DNA from: Lytechinus pictus
Taxonomy: Eukaryota
DNA length: 64,000 bases
Assembly: GCF_037042905.1 (NCBI RefSeq)
Contig: NC_087251.1
Coordinates: forward strand, 49,415,358 to 49,479,357
Reading direction: 5' to 3'
The number at the start of each line of letters is the position of its first letter. The stretch's first letter is position 1. The position numbers and the translations under genes are program-made. The notes under the pieces are model-generated. The model saw nothing but the letters and a program-made list of their open reading frames with translations, had not been told where the DNA came from and did not search any database. Positions 52,801 through 64,000 of the stretch are shown piece after piece.

Positions 52801-55800
52801 TCTTGAAATCGGACTATGATACAGCAAGCTTAAAGTTTGCATAGTGACATGCAAATAATCAGAAATTTAAAATCCATTTTGTTTGTGCACCTCCTAAAAT
52901 TGGCGAAAATCAATAATTCGAACGCGAAACGCGAATAGAAATATTTTTGAGCTATACAAAATTAGGCGAATGGTACTACAACTATGACTATAAAAAATGT
53001 TACATTAACATATTGTGTGTATTTTATTTTCTGAATTTTCCTGAATGACGTGGATTTTTTTTTTTTCCCGAAATTACCGAGAAATGGTGTAGATTTTGTT
53101 GAACAAATGCTTATCTTTATAAAGTCTACTGTAATGACTAATGAATCTTTCTGCTGAAAGGCATTTTCTAGGGATCAAGTCAACGAACCTAAATGATAAT
53201 ATGTCAGGGTATATTTTCAAGTATCCTTACAGATGTAGAATAAGAGATCATATTACTTTCTGAATGGACAGCTAGGTGATGACAGTGGTGGTCTCAGATA
53301 ATTATTTAAAAAAAGAAAAAAAAAAAGGTCCTCGGTTTCAAGGGGGGGGGGGGGGGCACACTTGTGTTATAACGGCATATTTACATTATCAAATATTTTA
53401 GATAGATAATATTTTAGATTATAGATGTTTATATCACTTTACGATTTTGTGGATGATCCACAAAATCGTAAAGTGATATAAACATCAAGATAATCCAGGG
53501 GTCAAGAAATTCATAAAAGTATATGGTGTTGATAAATTTCTGATATGTTTTGAATCTATCTTTAATACGCGAGGGTCAGTTCTCCGTTTGTCTGCTAGCT
53601 GCTGGGGGCGTTGGTATAGGCAGTTGATACAAACTTTATCTAGATGCATTTCATCATACAAGAATTAGCATTGGAAAAATGGAAAATGAGGGGCAGTGGG
53701 TCCATCAATTTCTTTTACAGCATTCCACATTCACTCATGAGTAGTATATTTTTTTATGTTCAAATTACGATGTCGAGGGCACGGGTCGAGGGAAGAGCTG
53801 TCGGGTGTTAAATTTAGTCTCACTTCAAGGAAATGTTTAGACCCTATAGGCCCTAATCTTTATTTATTTATTTATTTATTTATTTTTTTTGGGGGGGTCA
53901 CTTTGTTAAAGGTTTTGTTATTTTCAAAAGAGTATCCCTTAACCCGAATACACAAAGTGTGTCTTTCCACGAAAGAAGCTATACGAAGAATATAGGTCTC
54001 GGGTATGCGTACGTGTAGTACATGCAATTGTATGCCCGGACTGTATGTGGAATTGAATAAAACTTACAAAACAAATGACCCGATACGAGCTGGGACTGAC
54101 GCCGCAGTGAGGTGATATATTGTACAAGCAAAACAAATATAACCTCGAACTAAACAAATATATGACGTGGTTAAGCAAGGTCCGTGGTGCTTTTCTGTTC
54201 AATCGGATCAGCGCTCAGAATAAGGTCAAATATTGACAAAGACGTTGCTGGAAATGCTCTTGTTTTTATGATTTCCCCCATGCTTTTGAGATTGTTTTCT
54301 TACATAATATTATTTGAACATTGTTTTTTAATGTTCTATCGCTGAAATACAGGAATCTATTCTTGGCCAATCCATTTTTTTATTGCATTATAACGTTATT
54401 GTTTTATTTTTCGCTTGTTTTCATTAAATCAAAATTTTATATGTGCAACACGAATTATTTGCAAAGGAGAGAGTAGATGACGTCACTAAGTCACTTTTTT
54501 TATGAATTGACATAGGCCTATAAATATGAAATATTTTGTGTAATTTGACAAAATCTTGATTGAATCATGAATAGCACCGTACCGATGGGGAGCCAGGGCC
54601 CTGGTGGGCCATGGACGCCCATTAAATTGAAAATGAAAAAGGGTGAAGTATATAAATTTCCGGAAATCATATCAAAATCAATCACAAACTTATTTGTATT
54701 AGAAAGTCAAAATCTTTGCTCTCTCGCTTCACTCGCTAACAGCTTTTAAGATTTTTTTCTCTACTTTTCATAACCCAGGGAGGGGGGGGGTCAAATTAAT
54801 ATTTTTTCACAAATTTTGTTGACCTTAGTTTCAGTACAATATCGTTGTTTGAGTCACTTTTTTAATAAGGCATACACGTAAAGATTGAAAAATGAAAAAA
54901 TATTTTTCTTTACTCATAAAAAGATTGCAAAAATAGCGCCCAAAATATATAGTTTTGAATAAAAACATAAATACAATGCCTGCATTTGAAACTCGATTTC
55001 CAATGATACTTTGTGTGAGAAAGAATGATACCACACTGATTGAACATGTAAAAGAGCGCCATCTGTATAATTTTATGTTTTCACTGCAGCTTCGCTAAGA
55101 TTTTCTTTTAAAAAATGCACTCAATCTTTGGATTAGATATTTAACTGGCACGCTCTCTCGTGTTGAAAAAAAAATTATTGAAAACTTGCTATTTCCCGTC
55201 CGACTTAAAAAAATACTAAAATAAGAATGATAAAATCTTGAAAATGATAAATAGTAAAAGTATTAAAAAATCAAGACAAATAAATATTAATATAGTAATT
55301 ATGATGGATTATTTCCAGTACCCTCTACCAGATATGACAATGAACTTAATTGACTGCTTTAGTTAATCATACAATCATTTCGATCAGGGTTTTTTTTTTT
55401 TGTACAGGGCGGCATCTACACCCAAACTTGTTTGCAGCAATTGTAAGCTCTCCTGGGACACTCTTGACCCCATAAGGGCCCATAATATCCTACAGGAACC
55501 AAAACCCAAATCATCACAAGACTATTTTAAACCAGTACTATTATTTGAATGTGTGCCCGCCCCCCTCATTACATTAACCATTAAGCTATTATCTATGGTA
55601 GGATTCGAGGGGTATATGCATTTAATCTCATAATTCAAATGTCCTAAACAAATCCATTCTGTACTTATATGAAGAAAAATAAGTGTTTTGAAGCCTTCAT
55701 TTTAGTATTATGAACCAATTTTTGAAAAGTTTTAGGGAAATCTCAGAAAGTGACCACTTGTAAAGCCACGGTGATAGGTCAATTATGTTAATCCCCTAAC

Positions 55801-57225
55801 ATTTCAATCTTACATGGCTACAGTGGCCCTTCAAAACTTTTCAGCTGTTAATTCTTTTTAAACATATGAAATTTGATCTTTAAATATCCAAAACCCTCTC
55901 TGTATTGTTTTATCTATCTTTGAAAATATCAATTTGAGCACTTATCTCACATTTTTATCAGGAAGCTACAAAGACTATGTCATGAAATTTTCAGCCCATT
56001 CCACGCTGTCATATGCAGATATTTCGATTCCCCCCAATCAAGTACCCAATAAAAATATTCTTTTTTCATGCAAAATCACGAAATTTATCACAATTACTGT
56101 TGTTTATTATATTCTGGCCTATGGCCCACAAGCTAAGCTTCTTAGTAGGTCACCACGTTTCATTTCCATCTTGTCTCATGGGCGTTACTAAAAAGTAGTG
56201 CATGTATTATGTATATTATTCTGTAATTATTTACTTTTGTTCTTTGCTATTTACCTGTATCGCAATGATTTACTGTTGATGTTGTTTAATATCGGAATTG
56301 AAACAAAATAAAGATTCATTCATTCATTCATACTTTCACAACACACACATGGACTAGTAATGAATTGTGCAAAGCGCATTTGTGGGATTTATCAAATCTA
56401 AAAATAGGCCTATGAGGACTCTCAATGCTTTCAGTTTCCAGATTTCTAATAAAGAATAGAATCTCGGAGCCACATGTAGGCAGATTATGCACATTGTTAA
56501 AATCAATATAATTTGTAAGAGAAAATACTGGGGTGGTTTCATAAAGCCGTTTGTAAGTTAAGAGTGACTTTAAGAACGACTGGTGATCCTTTCTTGTGGT
56601 AAATGATATTCACCAGTAAATGTTCATTGATGATTATTTAGCACGTAAGAAAGGTTCACCAGTCATTCTTAAGGTTGCTCTTAACTTATGACTGCTTTAT
56701 GAAACACCAGCTTTTCATGAAAACAAAATTCCCTGATAATTATTTAAACCCATTCCCAGTTTCGCATGTTCTCTACGTTGTTGCAGTGAATTACATGTAT
56801 TTTCAGTATAAACACAATGTAAATCTAGTTAGTACCACCATAACCAGTAATTCAATGGATGTTATTTTGATATGCAACAAAGTATAACAGAGTCTGACTG
56901 ACTACCATGCTTTTGCTGATCAAAATTCCCTGATTTTCCCCTCATTTGAGGCATATTCCCTGATTTAAGCTATTTTAAAAAATCAAATTCCCCGATTTTT
57001 CCCTGACTGGAAAGAAGTAAAATATTTCCCCCTGATTTTCCTGATTGGCTGGGAGCCCTGAACACCCACCTGGGCCCCGTCTTACAGAGTTATGGTTGAT
57101 CCAATCAATCCTAACTCTATAGAAATCCACAAGTGTCATAATTTTTTCTCCAGGAAATTTGCACTGTCCTATGGAAACAAAGGCTAACATACCAAATTGT
57201 CAAGAAAACCATGAATGTATGAATA

Positions 57226-60093
57226 GGGGAGACCGGGGTTAGTTGGAACATTTTTTACAAAAATAGCGGTAAAATCCAAATAGACTTTACACGAGAAACA
57301 ATCAGTATATCAGCTTGAAGCATATATCGCAGGGCTTCAAATGTACCCCATAAAATTTTTAACTCTATTATGGTTACTGAAAAAATCCACCTTTAACAAG
57401 ACCATCGCAAACGTTCCAACTTACCCCCATATCGGGGTAAGTTGGAACATGGTATGGGGTAAGTTGGAACACTGGATGGTCAATTAAGAATTATACTAAA
57501 ACTACTTAAAACTGTAATATTACATGGTTTTAGCCTATTTGCTTTATCTTATAAATTCAAGTTCAAAATATTAAAGTGTGGGTTCGTTTAACTTTATGTT
57601 TTCTTTTATACAGCCACTCACACAAGCAGACTGTGTAGTAGAACTCCGAATATTTGGGTGCATCTGAGTTTACATACAATTAAGTGTACTATCAGCAATT
57701 TCATGTACTTCTGCATCAAATTTATAAGACAAAAATTAATTGTTTATATTGTTTTCATAATTAATTATGCAAATAAGCATATACAATTTCCCCTAATTTT
57801 TTTTTTTTTTTTTTTTTACCTTAACTCTATACTGTATATTAAGCTAGTAGAATGCTAATTTTTGGTGAGAGTATCAATTTTCACAAAACAAATATCCACC
57901 AAAAAATGCAAAAAATACAATTTCTTATGTATTTTTTGTCTTTTATTTGTATTTTTGTTTTTTCAAACCTTTGTTTTTTCCGATGGACTTTGTCAGGAGT
58001 CTTTTGCGATCATAAATAGCATTAAATTAATCTATTTGAACCAGCAAAAGTAAAAAAATTAATCATACATTTATGACTTTTGGTTGAAAAACACAATTTG
58101 CATTGACCTTGTACATGGAATCACGTTTTTGAACAATTTTGGGTCCGAACATGCACGTACAATTTGTTGGGTAATTTTGAAATCGCGCACACAGGCATCG
58201 CAAATTTGGTCTCAAATGATGCGCAAGACTTGAAAGTAAAAAGTCAGCGAGCAGTGTAGTAAAAAAAATTGTGCGCAGCATATAGCAGAGCTGCCAACAT
58301 TGGGAAGATAGAATCCAGTAGATTTCGCGGAGGTACATGTACTATGGTTTTGTGAGGGAGCGGCGCGGCGGAACGCTGTCCCACGGATGGGAGTTGGATA
58401 GCAAAACACATTAAGAAACAACATTTGATATTTTCAATAATTCATAAAAGAATGCATTGAACATGAAAATACCTTTAATTGTCCAGAGGGGAAGGGGCTT
58501 CAGTAACTTTAGTGGTAAACATGGTACATGAGCTTGCCTGGCCCTGCAAAGACTTTATAGACTCTAGTCTATGTGGCCTGTAATTAAAGTCTCTGTCTGA
58601 GTGATTCCTGTGAAAATTGTCACACAGTCCCATTCCGCTTGAAAATTCTTTAAACTTCGAAAAATATTTTGTCGTCTTGGTCTTGCATGACTCCATCTCC
58701 ATGATCTCCATGGTCACTGACAATGCGATTGTAGTGTGGATGAATCGGGACGGGGCGTGCTTCGCACTGCACAGCTCAGCCAACCAGCGCCAGAGTCACT
58801 CACTCACTCACGAAAGAGAAAATGTTCGAATCCGATCAACCCAAGTGAAACTTTAGTAGGCGAAAAAATATCCACTTTGCTTCTGTTCTTCAGGATTGTC
58901 AATAAAATTATTCCTGAAAGTAATCCACTTGTTAATCCCATGATTGATCCACAGTTTCAGCTCGAATAAAGCGCACAAAAGCTTACGAAAAATGCCCCGC
59001 AATGCTCGTGGACTTCCCTTCTCGTAGCCTCCTGGCGCGGAGTAGCCGACCGGAGACCAGGCAGGGCCGCGCCGGGGCGCATCGGGGGGCATGTGCATGG
59101 AGTGCCGCTAAAGTGTTTCCATGCAACACATTGCAGAACCCGGAAATAAAATGGCTTGTTAGAGTAATTCACCAGTCGTTTTGTAAAATTATCTTCATTA
59201 ACATTGGAAATCAATGTACGATTACACAAAAACTGGTAAAAGTTACTGGATAAAATGAAAATGATTCGGAGGTTCCACGTGGGTGTAAAGGGAGTTGAAC
59301 ATGCTAGACTTGTTAAACAGCCGTTTGTATGAATTTTACAATTTAACAGCTAAAAATCCTGATTATCCGGGAGATTTTAGCATGGGGTCGGGAGAACGGG
59401 AGATTCGATCGAAATCCAGTATTCTCCCGCAGGATCCGGGAGACTTGGAAGCTCTGATATAGTGACGAAATTTCTCGAGGGGGGGGGGGCTCAAATTGAC
59501 ACCCCCCCCCCATTTTGATAAGGGTTAATATTGCATTAGGTGCCTACAATAGGCCTTAAATGCACACTCAGACCTAACTGATAAACAAAACAAGCATGGT
59601 ATACAATACATGTTCAAAAGAGTGTGAAATACTTTCATCAAATCCAATATTTTTATTCATAATTATGTTTGGGGTAAGTTGGAACATGTTCCAACTAGCC
59701 CCTTCAACTTTGTTCCAACTAACCCCGGAGGCCCATTTGACGTTTATAAGCTTAAAGCACAAAAAAGGGACTTCACCATGGCATATCAATAACCTCATTT
59801 TGTAGCTTGGTATAAGTGTCTATTATACCCCCAAACTGGCCAACTTGATCTATAAACTTCTCCGAGATAATCGAACATTTCTGAACAAGAAAAAAATTAC
59901 TCAGAAGGTCAAAAAACAAAAATTTGTTTCTAACTTCACCAGGCTTGTTGCAGATGTGTTGTCTGTAATATGGTGGATGGCTGTTGATAATGACAATAAA
60001 TTGAGGGCAGTATTGCAGAAATTTATTTAAAGACGTTAGAGAAAATTACAATGTTTCAACTTACCCCATGTTCCAACTAACCCCGGTCTCCCC
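57226..60093. mobile_element. TA-target (Tc1/pogo-type) non-autonomous element with nested insertions
   Basis: TIRs GGGGAGACCGGGGTTAGTTGGAACA / TGTTCCAACTAACCCCGGTCTCCCC with TA flanks and internal GGGGTAAGTTGGAACA repeats. Splits a Harbinger-type MITE (57070-60211). Confidence 0.85.
58286..59456. mobile_element. hAT-like deletion derivative with 6-bp TSD
   Basis: CAGAGCTGCCAA / TTGGAAGCTCTG termini, ATATAG direct repeats at 58280 and 59457, sub-terminal CGGGAG repeats. Confidence 0.7.
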
Positions 60094-61249
60094 TATACAT
60101 CATATTTATATATTTTTAAAAACAAACATGCATTTTAGATGTGGCCATAGCTGGCTTTCCATAGTTGAGGTTGATCAGATCAATCGCAACACTTTGTAAG
60201 ACAGGTCCCAGGTCTGAATTCAGAATTAAGTATCTAAGAGGTACATGTTTTCCCAGTGTAATTATTAACACAGTTACAAAACAAAAAAATTAAGAGACAA
60301 TTCAAATAAATTCTTTATGTAATTCAGAGAAGAAAATGATCTTTTATTGACAATGCTCTGCAGAAGGACATGATATAATCGCAATAAAATAGTTGACAAA
60401 ATTTGAAGTTTAAATCATTAATGAGCATTCTGGAAGATAACAGGTAAATTTGCTGATTATTGGAAATTAAGTAGAGAAGACTTGAAACAATACATCTACA
60501 CTATGATACAAATACAAATATGATTGCAACTTCTGAGTATAGTAAATTTCAATATTTAAACACACAATACTAGATCACAACAAAACATGATTACAAATCC
60601 CATTTACAAAAGAATTTTCAAATTCACCATTCATCAATTACAAAAAAAGAAGAAATATCTATTTAAGAAAGGAAGCAGAAAGAATGGAAGTGTTTGTGGA
60701 GATGTGCCAATGTTACTGATTTCAGGGACAATGAATGGAAAATTTATGTGAGTCATCAATTAAAAAAGTGTACACAAAAACGTTTAATGACAGCATAAAT
60801 TTATAATATTTATATTGAAATATGACAAACAATCTCAAGTTTATCTAAGATGATACCTGTATACATTTGCTTTGAAAGCATAAATACATACAACTTTCAT
60901 GTATGGTATCTATCATGATATCCATTTATTTTCTTGTGACCAATGTGTAGACTTGATTTAAGAAAAATAATATTTGTCTAGCATGGAGTATTCATCTGGT
61001 ATTACAAGAGCTGCCAATTCTTTTAAAAATCATTTTTCTTAGTATGATCCTCAACTGCATCACATATAATGCATTTGGCACTCAATAAGTTAAATTACTA
61101 TTTATAATAAGTTTAATTTACACACCAAAAATAGACAATGAATTCTTCTCATAAAATGTAGGGGTGATATATAAGCCATTCAAATTGAAATAAAGGCTGT
61201 TATCTAAATAACTTGGTCCTTGACAAAAAAATCATGAAACTGGAACCAG

Positions 61250-61517
61250 GGGACCGTCTTACAAAGAGTTGCGATTGATCCGATCAATCGCAACTATGGA
61301 AAGCCGCAAAGTCAACATATGAAATACATGTTTGTTCAAAATGTGTTCTAGATACGAATGTATATCCATAAATTCTTTGATTTTTTGACATTTTGGTGTG
61401 TTCTCCTTTGTTTACAAAGGACATTTCACAAATTTCCTGTAGAAAAAATTATGACACTGATGGATTTCCATAGTTACGATTGATTGGATCGATCGTAACT
61501 CTTTGTAAGACGGGACC
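61250..61517. mobile_element. PIF/Harbinger-type MITE
   Basis: CAG-GGGACCGTCTTACAAAGAGTT...AACTCTTTGTAAGACGGGACC-CAG. Same family as the split copy at 57070-60211. Confidence 0.82.
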
Positions 61518-62015
61518 CAGGTTTGCACTTATGCAATGAAAACCAAATTTCCCTGTATATGTCATGTATGAGATGATATTTAGAAACAGACTGTTGTTTG
61601 AATATATTTAAGGAAAACCTCACACAAATTTCATTGTATAGAGTAAATAACTAAGAAAATGAATTACATGTATTGTGAGATTAGCACTAAAGAATTTTGT
61701 TAATTAAACCACATCAAAGACAATTATTTCAGCCACTTGTACACAAATTTATGCCCTACCTGATCACACATGAGAGCATAATCATACACAAACATCAAGT
61801 TTGCATTTCAGGCCATAACCTCAACTAAAATAATTTCCTTAATAACCGCATACCACATGCCAATCCTGAAAGTAAACATAATGGGACAAATTATTTACAA
61901 ATCGTAAGCAAAACTTACAAAAATTTCTTTCCAATAAGGACCAAATTTTACCAACATAAGGGTATGAGGGTGACAATATAATTCTTTCATCTCCTGTAAA
62001 AAGGAATATCCTTAA

Positions 62016-62599
62016 AGGAGAATGAAACCCTTGAAACCAGCTGAATCCATATCAAAGAGAAAAATCATAGAAACATATTGTTGAAAGTTTGAGGAAGATT
62101 GAATGAATAATAAGAAAGTTATGAGCATTTGAATATTGAGATCACTAATGCCATGTAGATCCTCCCATTGGCAATGCGACCAAGATCTGTGATGTCACAC
62201 ACGTACAACTCCCTCATTACTTTAGTACTTATTTCACTTATATTCTCACTTTTATAGAGTCTATCACAAGGTGAGGTGTTCTCTTTATGAGAGGACAAGT
62301 ACAGAGGTTTCACAACATTATATCATTGATGAATCGTTTGTCATATGATAAGAATGAGCAAAAAGAGATGTTTTGGGGTATATTTTCAGTGTCCAACAGG
62401 GGAGAGTTGTTCGTCTGTGACATCATAGATCTTGGTCGCATTGCCAATGGGAGGATCTCCATAGCATTAGTGATCTCCACATTCAAATGCTCATAACTCT
62501 TCTATTGCTAGTCCTATTTTACTCAAACTTTTGTTGATCTTATTCTTTGATTTTTCTGCTTTCACAAAAGCTAACTTGCTCCAAGAGTTTCATTCTCCT
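62016..62599. mobile_element. TTAA-target (Kolobok-like) foldback MITE (partial relative ~51010-51370)
   Basis: TTAA-AGGAGAATGAAAC...GTTTCATTCTCCT-TTAA with ~200-bp imperfect arms. Confidence 0.85.
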
Positions 62600-64000
62600 T
62601 TAACAATTTACAAAGTCATTTACAAATTAGTGGGTACATGAACATATACATGTATACTTGTAATAACATATGAAGTGTATACGCTACACATGTAATTTTC
62701 TAGTATGCAAAATCTTGTTATCCCAATTCATCTGAGGTTTTTAGGTTAACAAGAATTGAAACATTTTAATAAATAGAGAACTAAATGTGGTTCAATTTTA
62801 TATTTGTAAACTAACAACATCAGGAAAAACAATAAGCAATTACAATTGAAATAAGCAAGTAAATTTAGATGTTCAACAATTTATTGAATGTAACTATGAA
62901 TTCTAGTTTGACAAGCCTTGAAATAGTGAAAGAATTAATGTCTTGAATCCTTGCAGTCATTGTTTATACATGTTGGGAAGTCCCATTAATTACAAATCAA
63001 AACTACATATACATGTATCTGTAAGAGATATAAATGAAAAGCACAACTTGAGTTGCATGTTGCACAATCAAAAAGTCAATTTTGAAATAACAAATGCATC
63101 CAATATTAGTAGTTTACACTCTGTCAACTCGAAACCGTTACATAGCGTTCCCGGTTATTTCATCTTTCTTTGAATGCAATGGTGTTTGTGGATGGGAATA
63201 ACGGAGCAAAGGTCAACGTTTCTGCAAATCATGGTCTGCTGCATCCGCGTGGTGATATTTGACGTAAATGGATGCATGGAAATCATTATGGAACAGTCAT
63301 TGCAAAGAACAAACATTCTATTGACATAACATGCTTGATTTCTTGATTTGGCATCCCAAATTATGTGCTGTGTGTATTAACCATTGAAAGCTGGCCATAT
63401 GGTGGAAGTTTGGATATATCAATAGTGTAGTGAGGGTTATGAAGGTGGAAAGATGAGGGACATCCCCCCAACTAACTATTCTCAATCAAATTTGGTTGTT
63501 TTTCCAAGATATGACTCTGCCTTTTCTAACATTTTACTGCCATTTATATGGCCAGATATATTTTTTCTTGTCAAACAAATATTCAAACTAAATAACACCC
63601 TATTGCGCCCAAAAGATAAGAAAATTGACACATGATTTCCAAGATTTCTTTGGGTTTTCATTCACTTTGTATCAAGAAGTGGAAATGTTTGCAATAGCAT
63701 TGATGTCAAAATCGCAAAAAAAAAGTATTCAGCATATACACTATTACTTTAGGGACATCATCATTTTGAGAGAAATTTTGAAAAATAGATAATAAATATG
63801 TGAATGTATGTATCATATCTGAATATAATAAATCTCCAAAGATAAAAACTAGTCCTATAATGTAAAACTGATGATATATGATTATAGTTTGCCATTATAA
63901 ATAACATCCATATTGCATCTGAAAATTTGATTTGCTAAAATTGTTTCCTGAAATATCTAAAATTGTATTCCATAACGATTTCTTGATTCATTGATACCAT

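Noticed and set aside
60300..64000. Possible long 3' UTR of a minus-strand gene beyond the window
   Set aside because: Composition and TTTATT sites are suggestive only. No coding exon could be supported.

Overview
AT-rich, repeat-dense eukaryotic DNA. The repeat families and gene style suggest a sea urchin (echinoid; inference, no search run). Two host genes are transcribed divergently. One is a SPATA7-like ciliary gene on the minus strand: 7 exons from 11062 down to 761, continuing off the left edge, with NRF1-like and RFX-like promoter motifs. The other is a probable two-exon orphan gene on the plus strand (21881-22627 + 38505-38606) encoding an acidic, disordered protein with PP1-type docking motifs. 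The most notable items are: (1) a disrupted nucleoprotein gene of a negative-strand RNA virus, Qinviridae-like from recall, lying antisense in SPATA7 intron 2 and followed by a virus-style gene-end/poly(A) signal; (2) a ~170-bp SINE with a 7SL (Alu-like) head, B-box, Deu/Nin-like core and an 11-bp TSD, with a second truncated copy; (3) a minimal Penelope-type hammerhead ribozyme between two (TA)n tracts; (4) a 5.3-kb foldback element with almost identical outer arms carrying RFX X-box arrays. The rest is an RTE LINE, CR1/L2 3' ends, Helentron-like HINEs, many nested MITEs and two tandem arrays.
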